The notes: generated from the letters alone by a model not told the origin. DNA of 64,000 nt from Mobula hypostoma (GCF_963921235.1 NC_086107.1:109122001-109186000); one strand, 5' to 3'. Shown: positions 1 through 12,285, counted from the first letter of the stretch. Translations and numbers: made by a program.

Positions 1-405
1 AAACTCAGCCAGCTCCATCATGGGGAAAAAAGCCTCCCCACCATCAAGGTCATCTTCAAAGGGCAATGCCTCAAAAAGACGGCATCCAAAATTAAAGACC
101 GCCACCACATGCCCTCTTCTTGATACTACCGTCAGGGAGGAGGTACAGGAGCCAAAAGTCACGCACTCAATGTCTTAAGAGCAACTTCTCCCTTCCGCTA
201 TCAGATTTCTGAATGGACAATAAACCCATGAACTATTTTTGGTCTCTTTTTGCACTACGTTTAATTTATATTATAATTATCATTATAATTATATGTTTCT
301 TAATATAATTTATAATATATTTTATGTATTCCACTGCACTGCTGCCGCAAAACAATAAATTTAATGCTATTCTGCATGTCGGTGATAATGAACCTGATCT
401 GATTC
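1..405 (+). mobile_element. Rex1/Babar-like LINE 3-prime fragment, degenerate
   Basis: Degenerate LPSGRRYRS-type C-terminal coding remnant, AT-rich UTR and (CTGAT)n-like tail. Confidence 0.7.
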
Positions 406-555
406 TGAGCACAGTTGGAACAGCAGGGAGATGTTTGGCTTCAGACTTGTATCGCCCACTGTTCTCTCAACCCCAGGTTCGGCACTCCACCCTTCTGAGC
501 GTCGGTCCCAGGAACTCGTGCTGCTCGGGGTGCAGGAAGAAGTAACTTCCATCTC

Positions 556-1900
556 AAAGTTCAAAGTAAATTTATTATCGGAGTACGTGAGATTAATTTC
601 CACCTGAGATTCACTTTCCCGGAGGCATTCACAGTGGAACAAAAAATACGCTAGATTCAATGAAAGATTACACATAAAAAAGACTAACAAACAGCCAACG
701 TGCAAAAGACAAACTGTGCAAATACAAAAAAATGTTACTACTACTAATAGTAAATAAATATTACGAGAACATGAGTTGTAGAGTCCCTGAAAGTGAGTTG
801 TGGAGTAAGTCCTTTGTTGAGGTGAGTGAAGTTATCCACGCTGGTTCAGGAGCCTGATGCTTGAGGGGTAATATCTATTCCTGAACCTGGCTGTGCAGGA
901 TCGAAGGCTCCTACCCTTGCCTGATGGTAGCAGTGAGAAGAGGGCATGGTCTGGATGGTGGGGGTGTTTGATGATGGATGCTATTTTCCTGTGGAAGCAT
1001 TCCTTGTAGATGTGCTCAATGATGGGGATGGATTCTCCTGTGATGGACCACACTGTATCCACCACTTTTTTATAAGCCTTTCTGGTCAAAGAACACTGAG
1101 GCTGTCTACAAGAAGGGTCAGAGCCGTCTCTATTTGCTGAGGAGACTGAGGTCCTTTAACATCTGCCGGACGATGCTGAGGATGTTCTACGAGTCTGTGG
1201 TGGCCAGTGCTATCATGTTTGCTGTTGTGTGCTGGGGCAGCAGACACCAACAGAATCAACAAACTCATTTGTAAGGCCAGTGATGTTGTGGGGATGGAAC
1301 TGGACTCTCTGACGGTGGTGTCTGAAAAGAGGATGCTGTCTAAGTTGCATGCCATCTTGGACAATGTCTCCCATCCACTACATAATGTACTGGTTGGGCA
1401 CAGGAGTACATTCAGCCAGAGACTCATTCCACCGAGATGCAGCACAGAGCATCATAGGAAGTCATTCCTGCCTGTGGCCATCAAACTTTACAACTCCTCC
1501 CTTGGAGGGTCAGACACCCTGAGCCAAGAGGCTGGTCCTGGACTTTTTTCCTGGCATAATTTACAGATTACTATTTAACTATTTATGGTTTTATTACTAT
1601 TTATTATTTATGGTGCAACTGTAAAGAACCAATTTCCCCCGGGATCAATACAGTATGACTAACTAACTAACTAATTTCCTGGGCATTGGTGTTTCCATAC
1701 CAGGCCATGATACAACCAGTCAGGACACTCTCCACTGTGCATCTATCGAAGTTGGTCAAAGTTTTCGTTGACATGCCGAAACTTATAAGAAAGTAGTGGT
1801 GCTGTCGTACCTTCTTTGAAATGGCACTTCCATGCTGGACCTAGGAAAGATCCTCTAAAATAACAACAAAAAGATTAAAGTTACTGATCCTCTCCTATTC
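556..1900 (-). mobile_element. Rex1-like LINE 3-prime part, interrupted by a second Rex1-like insertion
   Basis: ORF 832..1089 IIKHPHHPDHALFSLLPSGKGRSLRSCTARFRN; (TTTGAAC) tail at 556-570; host resumes at about 1675. Confidence 0.8.
1090..1674 (+). mobile_element. Younger Rex1-like LINE 3-prime end nested in the previous element
   Basis: ILDNVSHPLH...RSTFSQRLIPPRCSTEHHRKSFLPVAIKLYNSS; tail gactaactaactaacta; the same 3-prime UTR recurs at 37535-37740, 53687-53947 and 63580-63890. Confidence 0.85.
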
Positions 1901-2804
1901 CTTTTGTTCTTCAATGAGACAGTCCCAAGTTGATAGTCCTGGTCAAGTCTGACCCAATCCATCCTCATCCCCTTATAGCTGCTTCTATTGAGATAATTAG
2001 ATCCAGAGAAGGTGGAATAGGTTGCTCCTGACAGCTAATACAAACGCCCCATCCCCTTGGGCCTCAGTGACCAAGTGCTGTCATTTAGATACGTATCTAT
2101 CTTCGCCCGGTCCTCTCATTATTTCTTATTGCTGTGGTAGCAGCCATCCTATTAGGTCCTCAGATGCCAGAGGAGATGTCTTGGAGTAAACCTATTATTT
2201 TTTTTTATCCCTCTACAAACAGGTGGCCTCTTCCCAATTAATTAGGTCTCGGGGACCTTGGGTCTTCGTAGTCCAAGTAAACTTCCCAACTCATCTTTGT
2301 CAGTTCAGGAAACAAAGGGCAAGTTACAATTGGCAGCAACCAGAACTCTAATCTCAAACAGTTCTGGTTGCAGCCTGTATTATATTGATTGTATAGAGTT
2401 TTAAATGAAACCAATGGTTCCTCAAGGCAATTCCTGGCTCCGAGAGAAAAAAAAATTCCTGGGGATCAATCAGATTCACTCATTTCATAAATCAGTTACA
2501 TTTTATTTATGTGTACAAGGAACTTCACAGATCATTAACCATCCTTGCGTATGTCATCTTCTCAAAGTGGAAATACTGTCCCTCTTCTGGGATGGTTGCT
2601 TCTGACTGATTAACAACCACACCTCACTTGCTTAAAATGGTGATGCTCCTCCTCCTGTTTCTGAGTCATATAATTCGGGGTTCAGGACCCATCCCAGAGC
2701 ATATAATCCCTTAACTTTAATTCCCTTGGCACTATCGTATCAGAAGACCTGTTCTGGGAGGCACAAAAGTCCCTCTACTGTCTTAAAGGTTTGCACAGAT
2801 TTGG

Positions 2805-3412
2805 CATGTCATCTAAAACTTTGACAAACTTCTACAGATGCACAGTGGAGAGTGTCCTGACTGGTTGGACCATGGCCTGGTAAGAAAGGACCAGTGGCCC
2901 TGAATGGGAAAGCCCACAAAAAAGTGGTGAATGCAACCCACTACGTCACAGGGAAAGCCCTCCCCTGCATTGAGCACATCTACAAGGAGCAATGCCACAA
3001 GGAAGCAGCATCCATCACCAAGGACCCTACCGTCCAGGCGATGCTGTCATCCCACTGCTGCATTCAGAAGGGAGGTACAGGAGTTTCAGGAACAGTTACT
3101 ACCCTTCAACCATCAGGTACCTGAACCCATGCAGATAACTTCACTCAGCTCAGCTCTGATCGATTCCAGAACCTATGGACTCACTTTCAAGGACTCTACA
3201 TCTCATGTTCTCAGTATTATTTATTTACTTACTTTCTTATTGACACGATTTCTCTTCTTTTGCGCATTGGCTGTTTGTCAGTCTTTGTGTGTAGTTTTCC
3301 CATTGATTTGATTGTTCTTCGCTGTCCTCTTCTGAATGTCTAAAAGAAAATGAATCTCAAGGTAGTATCTGGTGACGTATACGGTACGTGTTTTGATAAT
3401 AAATTTTACCTT
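2805..3412 (+). mobile_element. Rex1-like LINE 3-prime fragment
   Basis: LTNFYRCTVESVLTG and ALPCIEHIYKEQC remnants, plus the family 3-prime UTR. Confidence 0.8.
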
Positions 3413-3504
3413 GATGCTAAAATCTGTGCTGATGTGGATACCTGTGTGTAGCTCCGAGACATTGTCTGGGCATGACAATAAGCTGCAGATCCTTCTAGAT
3501 GTAA

Positions 3505-4172
3505 AATTAGATTAGGTGAGATTAGATTATGAGGACACGCAGTCCTCTTTTATTGTCACTTAATAATGCATGCATTAAGAAATGATACAATGTTTCTCCA
3601 GAATGATATCACAGAAACACAGGATAAACCGACTGAAAAACTGATGAAAACCACATAATTATAACATATAGTTACAACAGTGCAAAGCAATACCGTAATT
3701 TGATAAAGAACAGGACATGGCACGGTAAAAAGTCTCAAAGTCTCTCGAAAGTCCCATCATCTCACGCAGACGGTGAACCTCCAGCGCCGCCAACTTGCCA
3801 ATGCAGCATCCTGGAAGCATCCGACCACAGTCCGACTCCGAGTCCGTCTGAAAAACTTCGAGCCTCCGACCAGCTCTCTGACACCGAGCACCGAGCACCA
3901 TCTCTGCCGAGCGCTTTGACCCCGGCCCCGGCAACAGGCAACAGGCAACAGGCAAAGCCGAGGATTCGGGGCCTTCGTCTCCGGAGATTCTCGATCGCAC
4001 AGTAGCAGCGGCAGCGAAGCGGGCATTTCAGAAGTTTCTCCAGATGTTCCTCTGCGCTTCTTATGGCTGTCTCCATCAAATCCGGATTGTGCACGGCCCC
4101 CTAGTTAACACATTATGATATCATTCGGAACGACTGCGCGCGCTGCGTCCCGCTGCCATCTTCTCCTCCCTT
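3505..4172 (-). mobile_element. Non-coding non-autonomous retroelement with GGAGAAGATGGC head and (ATCTA)n tail
   Basis: Minus strand begins gggaggagaagatggcagcg, has a CpG-rich body, and ends aataaaagagg...tctaatct. Confidence 0.6.
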
Positions 4173-4344
4173 TCACCTGCTCTGAAGGACTCATTCTGAA
4201 ACTAGAATCAGAATCAGATATATTATCTCTGAGTTAAATGACATGAAACTTCTTCCCCTGCAGCAGCAGGACAGAGCAATGGCATAAAATTACTATAAAT
4301 TACAAAAATAAAAGTGAGATAGACACTACCTCATCATTCCTTTT

Positions 4345-4575
4345 TTGGCCTTGTGCTTTGATTCTTGGTAGGGTCACCCATGCCAACCAGGTCAAAGGGT
4401 AGAGGCCAGACTAAGAGTGGTCTGCCGGTCCTCCAGGGTCGGGGGTTCAGCTCAGGGCTAGCAGCCCTGACTAGTCAGAAACAGCAGTGAAGAATCCTCC
4501 TATACAGGCAAAGAAGAAGGACCTTCATTGCTGCCCTAAACGCTACTGGCGTAACAGGCAACAAGTAAGTAAGTG
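4345..4575 (+). mobile_element. RTE-derived non-autonomous element (5-prime UTR plus 3-prime end); relatives at 6955-7260, 27890-28265, 38140-38385(-), 59535-59810(-)
   Basis: ggtagggtcacccatgccaaccaggtcaaagggtagaggccagac head; ggaccttcattgctgcccta (RTFIAAL) end; (AAGT)n tail. Confidence 0.65.
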
Positions 4576-7384
4576 TTAGTGTCGAAGAGACTTCCGGTGG
4601 TGCGTCTGGTAGATCAGCGGCTGATGATCCGGGTTCAATCCGGACCTCAGGTACAGAGTGCGTGGTGTTTGAGTGTTCACTCTGAGGCTGCCTGAGTTTC
4701 CCCCTGGTGCTCTTGATTTCCTCCCACATCCCAACATTGTTAGGATAAATTGCCCCCAGTGTAAGGAAGGGGGGCATTAGAATTTGTCAGGCGGAGTTCA
4801 AAGTTCAAAGTACATAGATGTCACCATATCCAACCCTGAGATTAATTTTCCTGTGGGCATACTCAGCAAATCTATAGAATAGTAACTGTAAACAGGATCA
4901 ATGAAAGGCCGCCCACCTACACCATTCAACCGGAGTGCAGAAGACAACAAACTCTGCAAATTCAACAAGAAGCCAATAATAATAAATAGATAAGCAATAA
5001 ATATTGAGAGCATGAGTTGAAAAGTAGTCCTTCAGGCAATCGAGAGATCTGTAGATCATTGAGTTGATTTAAAAGTACATTGCTTCGGGGGAAGTTTCAT
5101 GCTGCAGATTCCTGAGCATAATTTGAAAGAGGTGTATTTAAAACGATATCTGGACTATTGTCTACAGCTCACAAAACGTCGCTGTTGATCACTGACGCCA
5201 TCTTGTCTCGTACCTGTTGGTGAGAATGTGGGGAGAGTATAATAACGTTAATGTAGGACAAGTTGTAGGGTAATGTAATGGGTGACAGGTGATATATATT
5301 GTTCACAATAGAAACTGTCCTTCATAATACAGTCCATCCACCTACACCAGGAGCGAGGTTTGATCAGCCTAAGCACTAGGCCGATTGTGAATGGGCGGGC
5401 ATGGGCCGGAACGTGGCAGTGGGCTGCGGGCCCAGAGTATGTCGAACTGACTGGGCCCGGCTCCTAGTACGGGAAACGACCCGAGGTTTGGACGATTTAA
5501 ACGCCAGGCCAGATGGATTGAAAAGGCAGCGTGTCAGGACCGGAAGGGCGGTGGGGGGGAGGGTCAGCTCTGCTCGCCACTCAGCCACGTTTGCTCCGCT
5601 CTCCGCGGCACTGAGGCCCAGGCGGTGAGCCCCCTCTGGGTTTGGGGTCTGCAAGCTCCGCGACCTTTTGCACGGCCGTGTGATGAACTGAGGCTGAGGC
5701 TCTGGGCCTGGTCCGGCTGCTCTGAGCTTCACTTTGGGGGACTCACTTCCGTTCTGAAAGCTGTTGCTTGCACGGCCTGTGTTATTTTTCTCTCTTTCTC
5801 TCTGCGCGTTTGGTGTTTGTCGTTTTTACTTAATGGGTTCCTGCAGGTTTCTTGTTTTATAGCTGCCTTTAAGGAGATAAATCTCAAGGTTGCATAATTT
5901 ATACATACTTTGACAATAAATTTACTTTGAACTTTTGAACTTTAATTCACAGACACCGTCATTCAGTTGTTGTGTTCACTTTAGGAGGCAGTGTCTGACA
6001 TAACGATGTCAGTGTAAAGCGACTGCCTTTGGTTGGCTCATAATGGAAATGAAGGGCTGCAGCTTTTATTAAGCACATTAAAACGACTCTTGGGTGTTTT
6101 ATTCACAAGATCCTACATAGCGTGGAAGGCAGCTTGTTGGTCATCGTGGACGAGGTTGGCTCCCATGCTGTGTGTCCACGAATTATCAGTGACATCGAGC
6201 AAGACGTTTGACCGGTCCAGCTAGCTGCTGTCGGAGGAAAATGCAGGCATTTTGGGATCCACATTAGCAGAATTGAGGCTGTGGGCTTGTTTTGAGGAAC
6301 TTTGAGGTCCATATTCAATGAGTTCCTGGATCCCGGTTACTTTTTGTTTTGCTGGTTTTGAGCGGTTTGATCGGGGCGATCGATGCAGACCAGGGTGCTT
6401 CGGCAAAGAATGGCCCTGTGTCTTGCATTGGCTCGCGGTGCAGCGCTGAACAGAACTAAACTGAGTACTTCTGGTTTGACGTTTGATACTCTACGTGCAG
6501 TTTGCTCGCCTTTTGTTTCGCACAACTTGTTTTTCTTTTCACGCTTTGGACGTTGGATGTTTTCTTGAACGGGTTGATTGGTGTTTGTTTTGTGGACGCC
6601 TGCCAAAGGATGAATCTCAGAGTTGCACACACCTTGATAACAAATGTACTTTGAACTTTGAACTTCAAAGAAAAGGCAACAAAGACAGAAAATGATGGAA
6701 GCACATGGTAGTATCGAGTCGAAGACATCGGTCCAGTTCTGATAAAAGGTCAACCACCTGATACATTCACACCGTCTCTTTCCCCACAGCTGCCTCCTGA
6801 CCTGCTGAGCATTTCTGATTTTTATTTAGGACCTGTAGCATTGCTGGTTTCTCCTCTCGCTTTCCAAACGAGGGCAGGGTCTCGAGGGGGCTGCCGAACA
6901 TTTCTGCGGATGAGCAGCTCAACGGCCAGTTGGACAGGAGGCGACGATCCCCGGATCACCACCCCGTGGTGGTGGAGTGGCTTGTGCGTTCCTGAGAGAC
7001 CCTGAGGGCAAAGCTGTCTGGAGCTTGACTCCTGGTCGGGTCAGCCGTGATGTTGAGGTCAAAGGAGAGGTTCCTAACAAAGAGCGATCCAACCAAGATC
7101 TCAACAGTGGGGCTGGAGGAAGACGAAGACACATCACGATGGCAATGAAGGTGGAGGGAGGCTTCTGCAGTGAAGGGTCCCCAGTTGTCCTGCATTCCAT
7201 GTCACCGGACCCAGATACTGACCAGTCATGGACTGTGTGGTGGCTCCCTATGCATCAGCATCCCCCCCCCCCCAATGTTAATCAAAATCACACATATGCA
7301 TTCTCCTTTTAGGGAATCTTAGGGAATCCACTGTTGGGAGAACATCATACTCTACTTGGGAGATTGCATTGCTACTGCTACTGT

Positions 7385-7625
7385 AGAACATATATAGAAT
7401 AGTACAGCACAGTACAGGCCCTTCAGCCCACGTTGTTGTGCCGACCCTCAAACCCTGCCTCCCATATAACCACTCACCTTAAATTCCTCCATATACCTGT
7501 CTAGTAGTCTCTTAAATTTCACTAGTGTATCTGTCTCCACCATTGACTCAGGCAGTGCATTCCACGCACCAACCACTCTCTGAGTACGAAACCTTCCTCT
7601 AATTAATCTTCCTCTAACCTTCCCC
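7385..7625 (-). mobile_element. CR1 LINE 3-prime end, near identical to 61900-62140
   Basis: TQRVVGAWNALPESMVETDTLVKFKRLLDRYM; ttcta-type tail. Confidence 0.9.
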
Positions 7626-8055
7626 TTGGGGTGGAGAAACATTGTACTCCATCTGTGTAGCCTCCATCCTGAAGGCATGAATATCGATTTCTCGGTTTTT
7701 TTCCCCCGTCCCACTTCCCTCATCTTCTGTTCCTCATTCTGGCCTCTAACATCTTCTCCTCACCTGCCTATCACTTCTCCCTGGTACCACCCCCCCCTTC
7801 CCTTTCTCCGATAGTCCATTCTTCTCTCCTGTGACGTTCCTTCTTCTCCAGCCCTTTACCTTTCCCACCCGCTTGGCTTCACCTATCACCTTCCAGCTAG
7901 TCCTCCTTCCCCTCTCCCCACCTTTTTATTCTGGCATCTTCCCCCTCCCTTTTCAGTCCTGAAGAAGGGTCCCGACCGGAAACGTGGGCTGTTTATTCAG
8001 TTCCATAGATGCTGCCAGACCTGTTGAGTTCCTGCAGCATTTTGTGTCTGTTACT
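7626..8055 (+). mobile_element. Penelope-like element 3-prime end (GIY-YIG C-terminus plus pseudo-LTR); other copies at 40540-41350(-), 49290-49835, 57050-57520
   Basis: LCSLHPEGMNIDFS / LGTLQPDGMNIDFS remnant, pyrimidine-rich UTR, CTGA.GAAGGGT..G.CC.GAAACGT motif, gatgctgcctggcctgctgagttcctccagc tail. Confidence 0.8.
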
Positions 8056-8432
8056 CTAGAAAGGACAGCTCAGTAAGGCACCTTGTACATCTCAGAAGCA
8101 CTTAAACAAACACATCTTTTTTTAGTGGTGTGCATTAATAGTGATAGAGGGCTGAGTTGAAAATAACTTCTGACTCTGTTGTTGAGGTTGTAGATGAATG
8201 CACCAAGTGATAAACTGACACTAAGCTGTTAAATTTAAGTGCAAGACAAAAAGCAGTTGTATTGTGCAGTAGTTCACAGGATGTAGATATTGCAGGCAAA
8301 GGCAGTACTTAAAGGACGTTCCTTCTAGCCTCGCATTAGAAATTCCCCTCCTTCACCTGGTTCCATCCCAAACATTTTAACCACCAGATCACCTCCCCTC
8401 CTCAATTCCCTCTGTCTCTTGAATCCCCAATA

Positions 8433-8775
8433 CACTGAGCAACAAAAATTTTCCTTCCTGAATACTTTTGGGTGTATCTTACAGATTTGGAGCTGTTGAT
8501 CATGAAAATCACCATGAAATTTCCCTATCACACACCTTTTTATTTTAATCACCCATATTTGTTATTTCAGTTCATAAGTCAAGTCGGAATAATTGATGCC
8601 AAGATTGAGGAAGGCACTTTCGTTGGTCCACAAATCAAATAGGTCACCAATAACAGGCGACTCGAAAAACTTATAGTGAGACTGGAGAAAATTGCATGGA
8701 AGTCACTCAAGAATATTTCTGAAAATTTTCTTAGCAACTACAGAGTACTAATCTACGTGCAGCTGGTTGACAACA
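8433..8775 (+). mobile_element. DNA transposon remnant, probably Chapaev-type (CMC superfamily)
   Basis: Begins CACTGAGCAACAAAA; 8595-8774 translates DAKIEEGTFVGPQIK*...EKIAWKSLKNISENFLSNYR...YVQLVDN, resembling the EGIFVGPQIR...AW.SFK.V..NFLGN transposase motif (recalled). Confidence 0.6.
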
Positions 8776-9376
8776 CACCTCTGACTATCACCCACCTGAC
8801 TTAGCCTCTAAAATCCACCCCTCGCCTTTCCCCACCGATCTGTCTCTGCCCATCACCCTTCACTCCTCCTTTCACCACCTATCACCTACTGGCCCGTTCC
8901 AGACCCCTCCCTCTCCCCTCCTCTCTTAGAACATAGATCACAGAACAGTTCAGCACAGGAACAGGCCCTTCATCCCACAATGTTGTGCGAAACCAATTAA
9001 ATTAGTAACTAAATGGCCAACTAAACTAATCCCTTCCGTCTACACAATGTCCATTTACCTCACATTTATGTGTCCATGTTAAAGGCTATCTTCCCACTCT
9101 TAAGTCCTGACCTTTCCCCCAACAAACCACCCACACACACACACAGATTCTTCTCCACCTGCTGAGGTCCTTCAACAGTTTGTAGGTTTTTTTCTTGGCC
9201 TCAATCACGTTAAGGTCCTCCCCAGTTCTGTTCTGGTGAACTCCTCATTAGCCACGCCGTTCATAGGTCCATAAAGCGGAGGTGGACCAATTCCCATCTG
9301 GCAGAAGATGTCTGCAGCCGGGAATCCCATCCCATCAGCCTCCCAAAGCTACAACGGTACATAAGGGCTGAGCATG

Positions 9377-10463
9377 CATTCAGTGTCCACTTTATCATGT
9401 ACCTAATAAAGTGGCCACAGATTGTACGTTCATGGTCTTCTGCTGCTGTAGCCCATCCATTTCAAGGTTTGACGTGTTGTGCGTTCAGAGATGCTCTTCT
9501 ACGCACCACTATTGTGTAGTTGTTTGAGTTACTGTCGCCTTCCTGTCAGCTTGAACCAGTCTGGCCATTCTCCTCTGACCTCTCTCATTAACAAGGCATT
9601 TTCACCCACAGAACTGCGGCTCACGGATGCTTTTTTGTTTCTCGCACCATTCTCTGTAAACTCTCGAGACATTTGTGTGTGAAAATCCCAGAAGATCAGC
9701 AGTTTCTGAGATACTCAAACCACTCCGTCTGGCACTAACCATCATTCCACAATCCAAGTCACTCAGATCACATTTCTTTTGCCATTGCAGACATCCCACC
9801 TCTCCCGGAAGTTCCGGGAGTCTCCCGCATAGTAATAGTGGCTCCCCGATGCCCGCAAGTTATATACGATATCACGGAAATCAATTTTTTTGAGAGAGAG
9901 CGAGAGAGCGCGAGAGGGAAAGCAAAAGAGAAAGTGCGAGAGCGACCACGAGAGAGTGAGAGATCGCGCCATGGCAGAGTGTTCCAAAAAAAGAAAATAA
10001 TAAACCTACGTCATCCCAGACTACACTAAAGTGTACCCCTGCCTAATAGGGGTCAAAAATAATGACAGTGTTGCTCGCTGCACTGTTTGCAACAGTGACT
10101 TTTCTATTGCCCATGGTGGGTTAAGACTGTAAAAGACATGCTGAGGTGAGTTTAACAGGTGTCATTCGTTCATTAGCATAGCTAACGTTATTTAAACTAG
10201 CTGGCTGGCTGCTAAGGAGCTACTCTATTGCAGACATCCCACCTCTCCCGGGAGTCTCCCGCAAATTGGTGCTACCTCCCTGAAATGAGTTTTTGCAGGG
10301 TGGGATGTCTGCCATTTGAAGTTTGGTCTGAACAACAACTGAACCTCTTGACCATGTCTGCATGCTTTTATGCATTGAGTTGCTGCCACATGATTGACTA
10401 AATAAATAATGCAATTAGCAGTTAGGTGTACTGTTGCACACCTAATGAAGTGGACACTGAGTG
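9377..10463 (-). mobile_element. Tc1/mariner internally deleted element
   Basis: TIRs CA(C/T)TCAGTGTCCACTT; N-terminal HTH remnant KKCDLSDLDCGMMVSARRSGLSISETADLLGFSHTNVSRVYREW. Confidence 0.9.
9788..10311 (+). mobile_element. hAT-like non-autonomous element with TIR CAGACATCCCACC and 6-bp TSD, nested in Tc1
   Basis: TIRs at both ends; flanks ccattg/ccattt; internal C2H2-like remnant CTVCNSDFSIAHGG..DCKRH. Confidence 0.8.
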
Positions 10464-11749
10464 CATGCTGAGCCCTTTTATACAGCTGAGGCTTTGGGAG
10501 ACCAATGGGATGGGGTTCCTGACTGCAGACATCTTCTGCCGGATTGGGAATCGATCCACGTCCGCATTATGGACGTGAACAGAGTAGCTAATAAGTCAGG
10601 GGTTCACGAGCTGGAGGGAAGTTTGGGATGGATGTGAGAGGTAGGCTGGAGGGGAACCTGCAAGGTGACGCTCTTCTGCACCCTCTCTAAATCTTCCACA
10701 TCCTTTCTATAGTGAGACAACCAGAACTAAACACAACACTCCAAGTATGGTCTAACCAGGGTTTTATAGAACTGCAACATTACCTCATGGCTCTTGAACT
10801 CATTCCCCAAAACTAATGAAGGCCAACATCCCCATATGTCCTCCTAACCACCCTATCATAATGACTGTTTGAACAAAAGACCTGCGTATATACAGCAGCT
10901 TCCGTATACCCTGCCCAACCATTTCCGTGTAATGTGTTCAGTATTGGCTACCTTATTTAAGTAATAATGTGTATGTATTGGAACCATTTCAGATGCAGTT
11001 TATTGGATTGAAACCTAAAATGGCAAAATTATCTCATGAGGAAAGGGTTGGAGCTGAACGCTATCTTCTGGAGTTTCAAAGAGAGAGGGCTTGGCTGAGC
11101 TTTCTAAGGGCTTGTAATCTTGTTATTTCATGCTTGTTATTTATCGCTATTTACTTATATCTGCACTTGCACAGTTTGTTGTTATTGATCCTGTTGTAGC
11201 TACTATTCTATAGATTTGCTAAGTATGCCCACTGGGAAATGAATCGCAGGGTTGTAAATGGTGACATATATGTACTTTAATAATAAAATTTACTTTCTAC
11301 TTTGAACTTACAACTTTGGGAGGACTATGTTCAAGATGTGGGTTGATAGGACTAGGTAGAATAACAGTTTAGCTCCCACTAGATGGGCTGAAGGGCCTGT
11401 TCCTATGCTGTAGTGCTCTCTTGTCTATGTCTTGATCTTGTTCTAATTAGTCAGGGTATCAAGGGATATGGGGAAAAAGCCGGAAATTGGAACTAGACAG
11501 GAGAATAGTTTAGCTCATGGTGGAGTGGTGGAGCAGACTCGATGGGCCGAATGGCCTACTTCTGCTCCTTGTGATCTTGTCTCACACTGCTTCCACTACC
11601 CTGTGAGAAAGAGAGTTGCAAAGATCCATCACAATCTGAGAAAAGAAGTTTCGAATCGTCACTGCCTTAAATGGGTGACTCATTTTTAAAAACAGAGACG
11701 CCTAGCTCGAGATCCTCCCCCAAGAATGATCAGCTACACACCCACTGTT

Positions 11750-12150
11750 AGAAGATTTGGTTCAGGATTTGGGAAGTTATGTTGCAGTTATGTAAGACTG
11801 AGATGAGGTGACACTTGAGAGTCCAGTGTCGAGTTTTGATCACCCTGAAAGCAGAAAAGATTTAGCAGGATGTGGAATGGACTTGGGGGCCCCGAGGTAC
11901 AAGGAGAAATTGTATAGATTAGGATGTTATTCCCTGGATTGTAGAAGACTGAGGGGCGAACGAATAGAGGTATATACAACCATGAGAGGCATGGACATGG
12001 TGAAAGCTCAGAGTCTTTTTCAGGGAGGGGGAGCTAAAAGCAAGAAGGTTTAAGACCAGAGGCTAGAGTATTAAAAGAAACATCAGGATGACTTCTTCTC
12101 ACAATATGTGTCTGGAATGAGCTGCCGGAAGTACTGGCTGAGGTGGGCAC
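11750..12150 (+). mobile_element. Old CR1 fragment
   Basis: YKEKLYRLGCYSLDCRRLRGERIEVY. Confidence 0.75.
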
Positions 12151-12285
12151 GTTGAAAGGACATATATACAAGCACATTGAAAGGACATGTATTCAACCAT
12201 ATTGACAGACATTGATATACATTGATATAGATATTGATATACATTGGAACCATTGAAAGGACATGTATACAAGCACATTGATAGA
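12150..12285. repeat. Short degenerate tandem repeat
   Basis: ttgaaaggacat.tat.caa x3 interspersed with cattgatata units. Confidence 0.75.

Noticed and set aside
3659..4094. Cluster of overlapping 90-113 aa ORFs (similarly 5376-5897, 18291-18783, 36686-37095)
   Set aside because: GC-rich repeat sequence that is open in several frames on both strands, with no recognisable protein motif
6955..7120. HDV-like ribozyme in the RTE-derived 5-prime UTR
   Set aside because: Plausible for RTE leaders, but I could not establish the nested double pseudoknot by eye; it needs a covariance-model search
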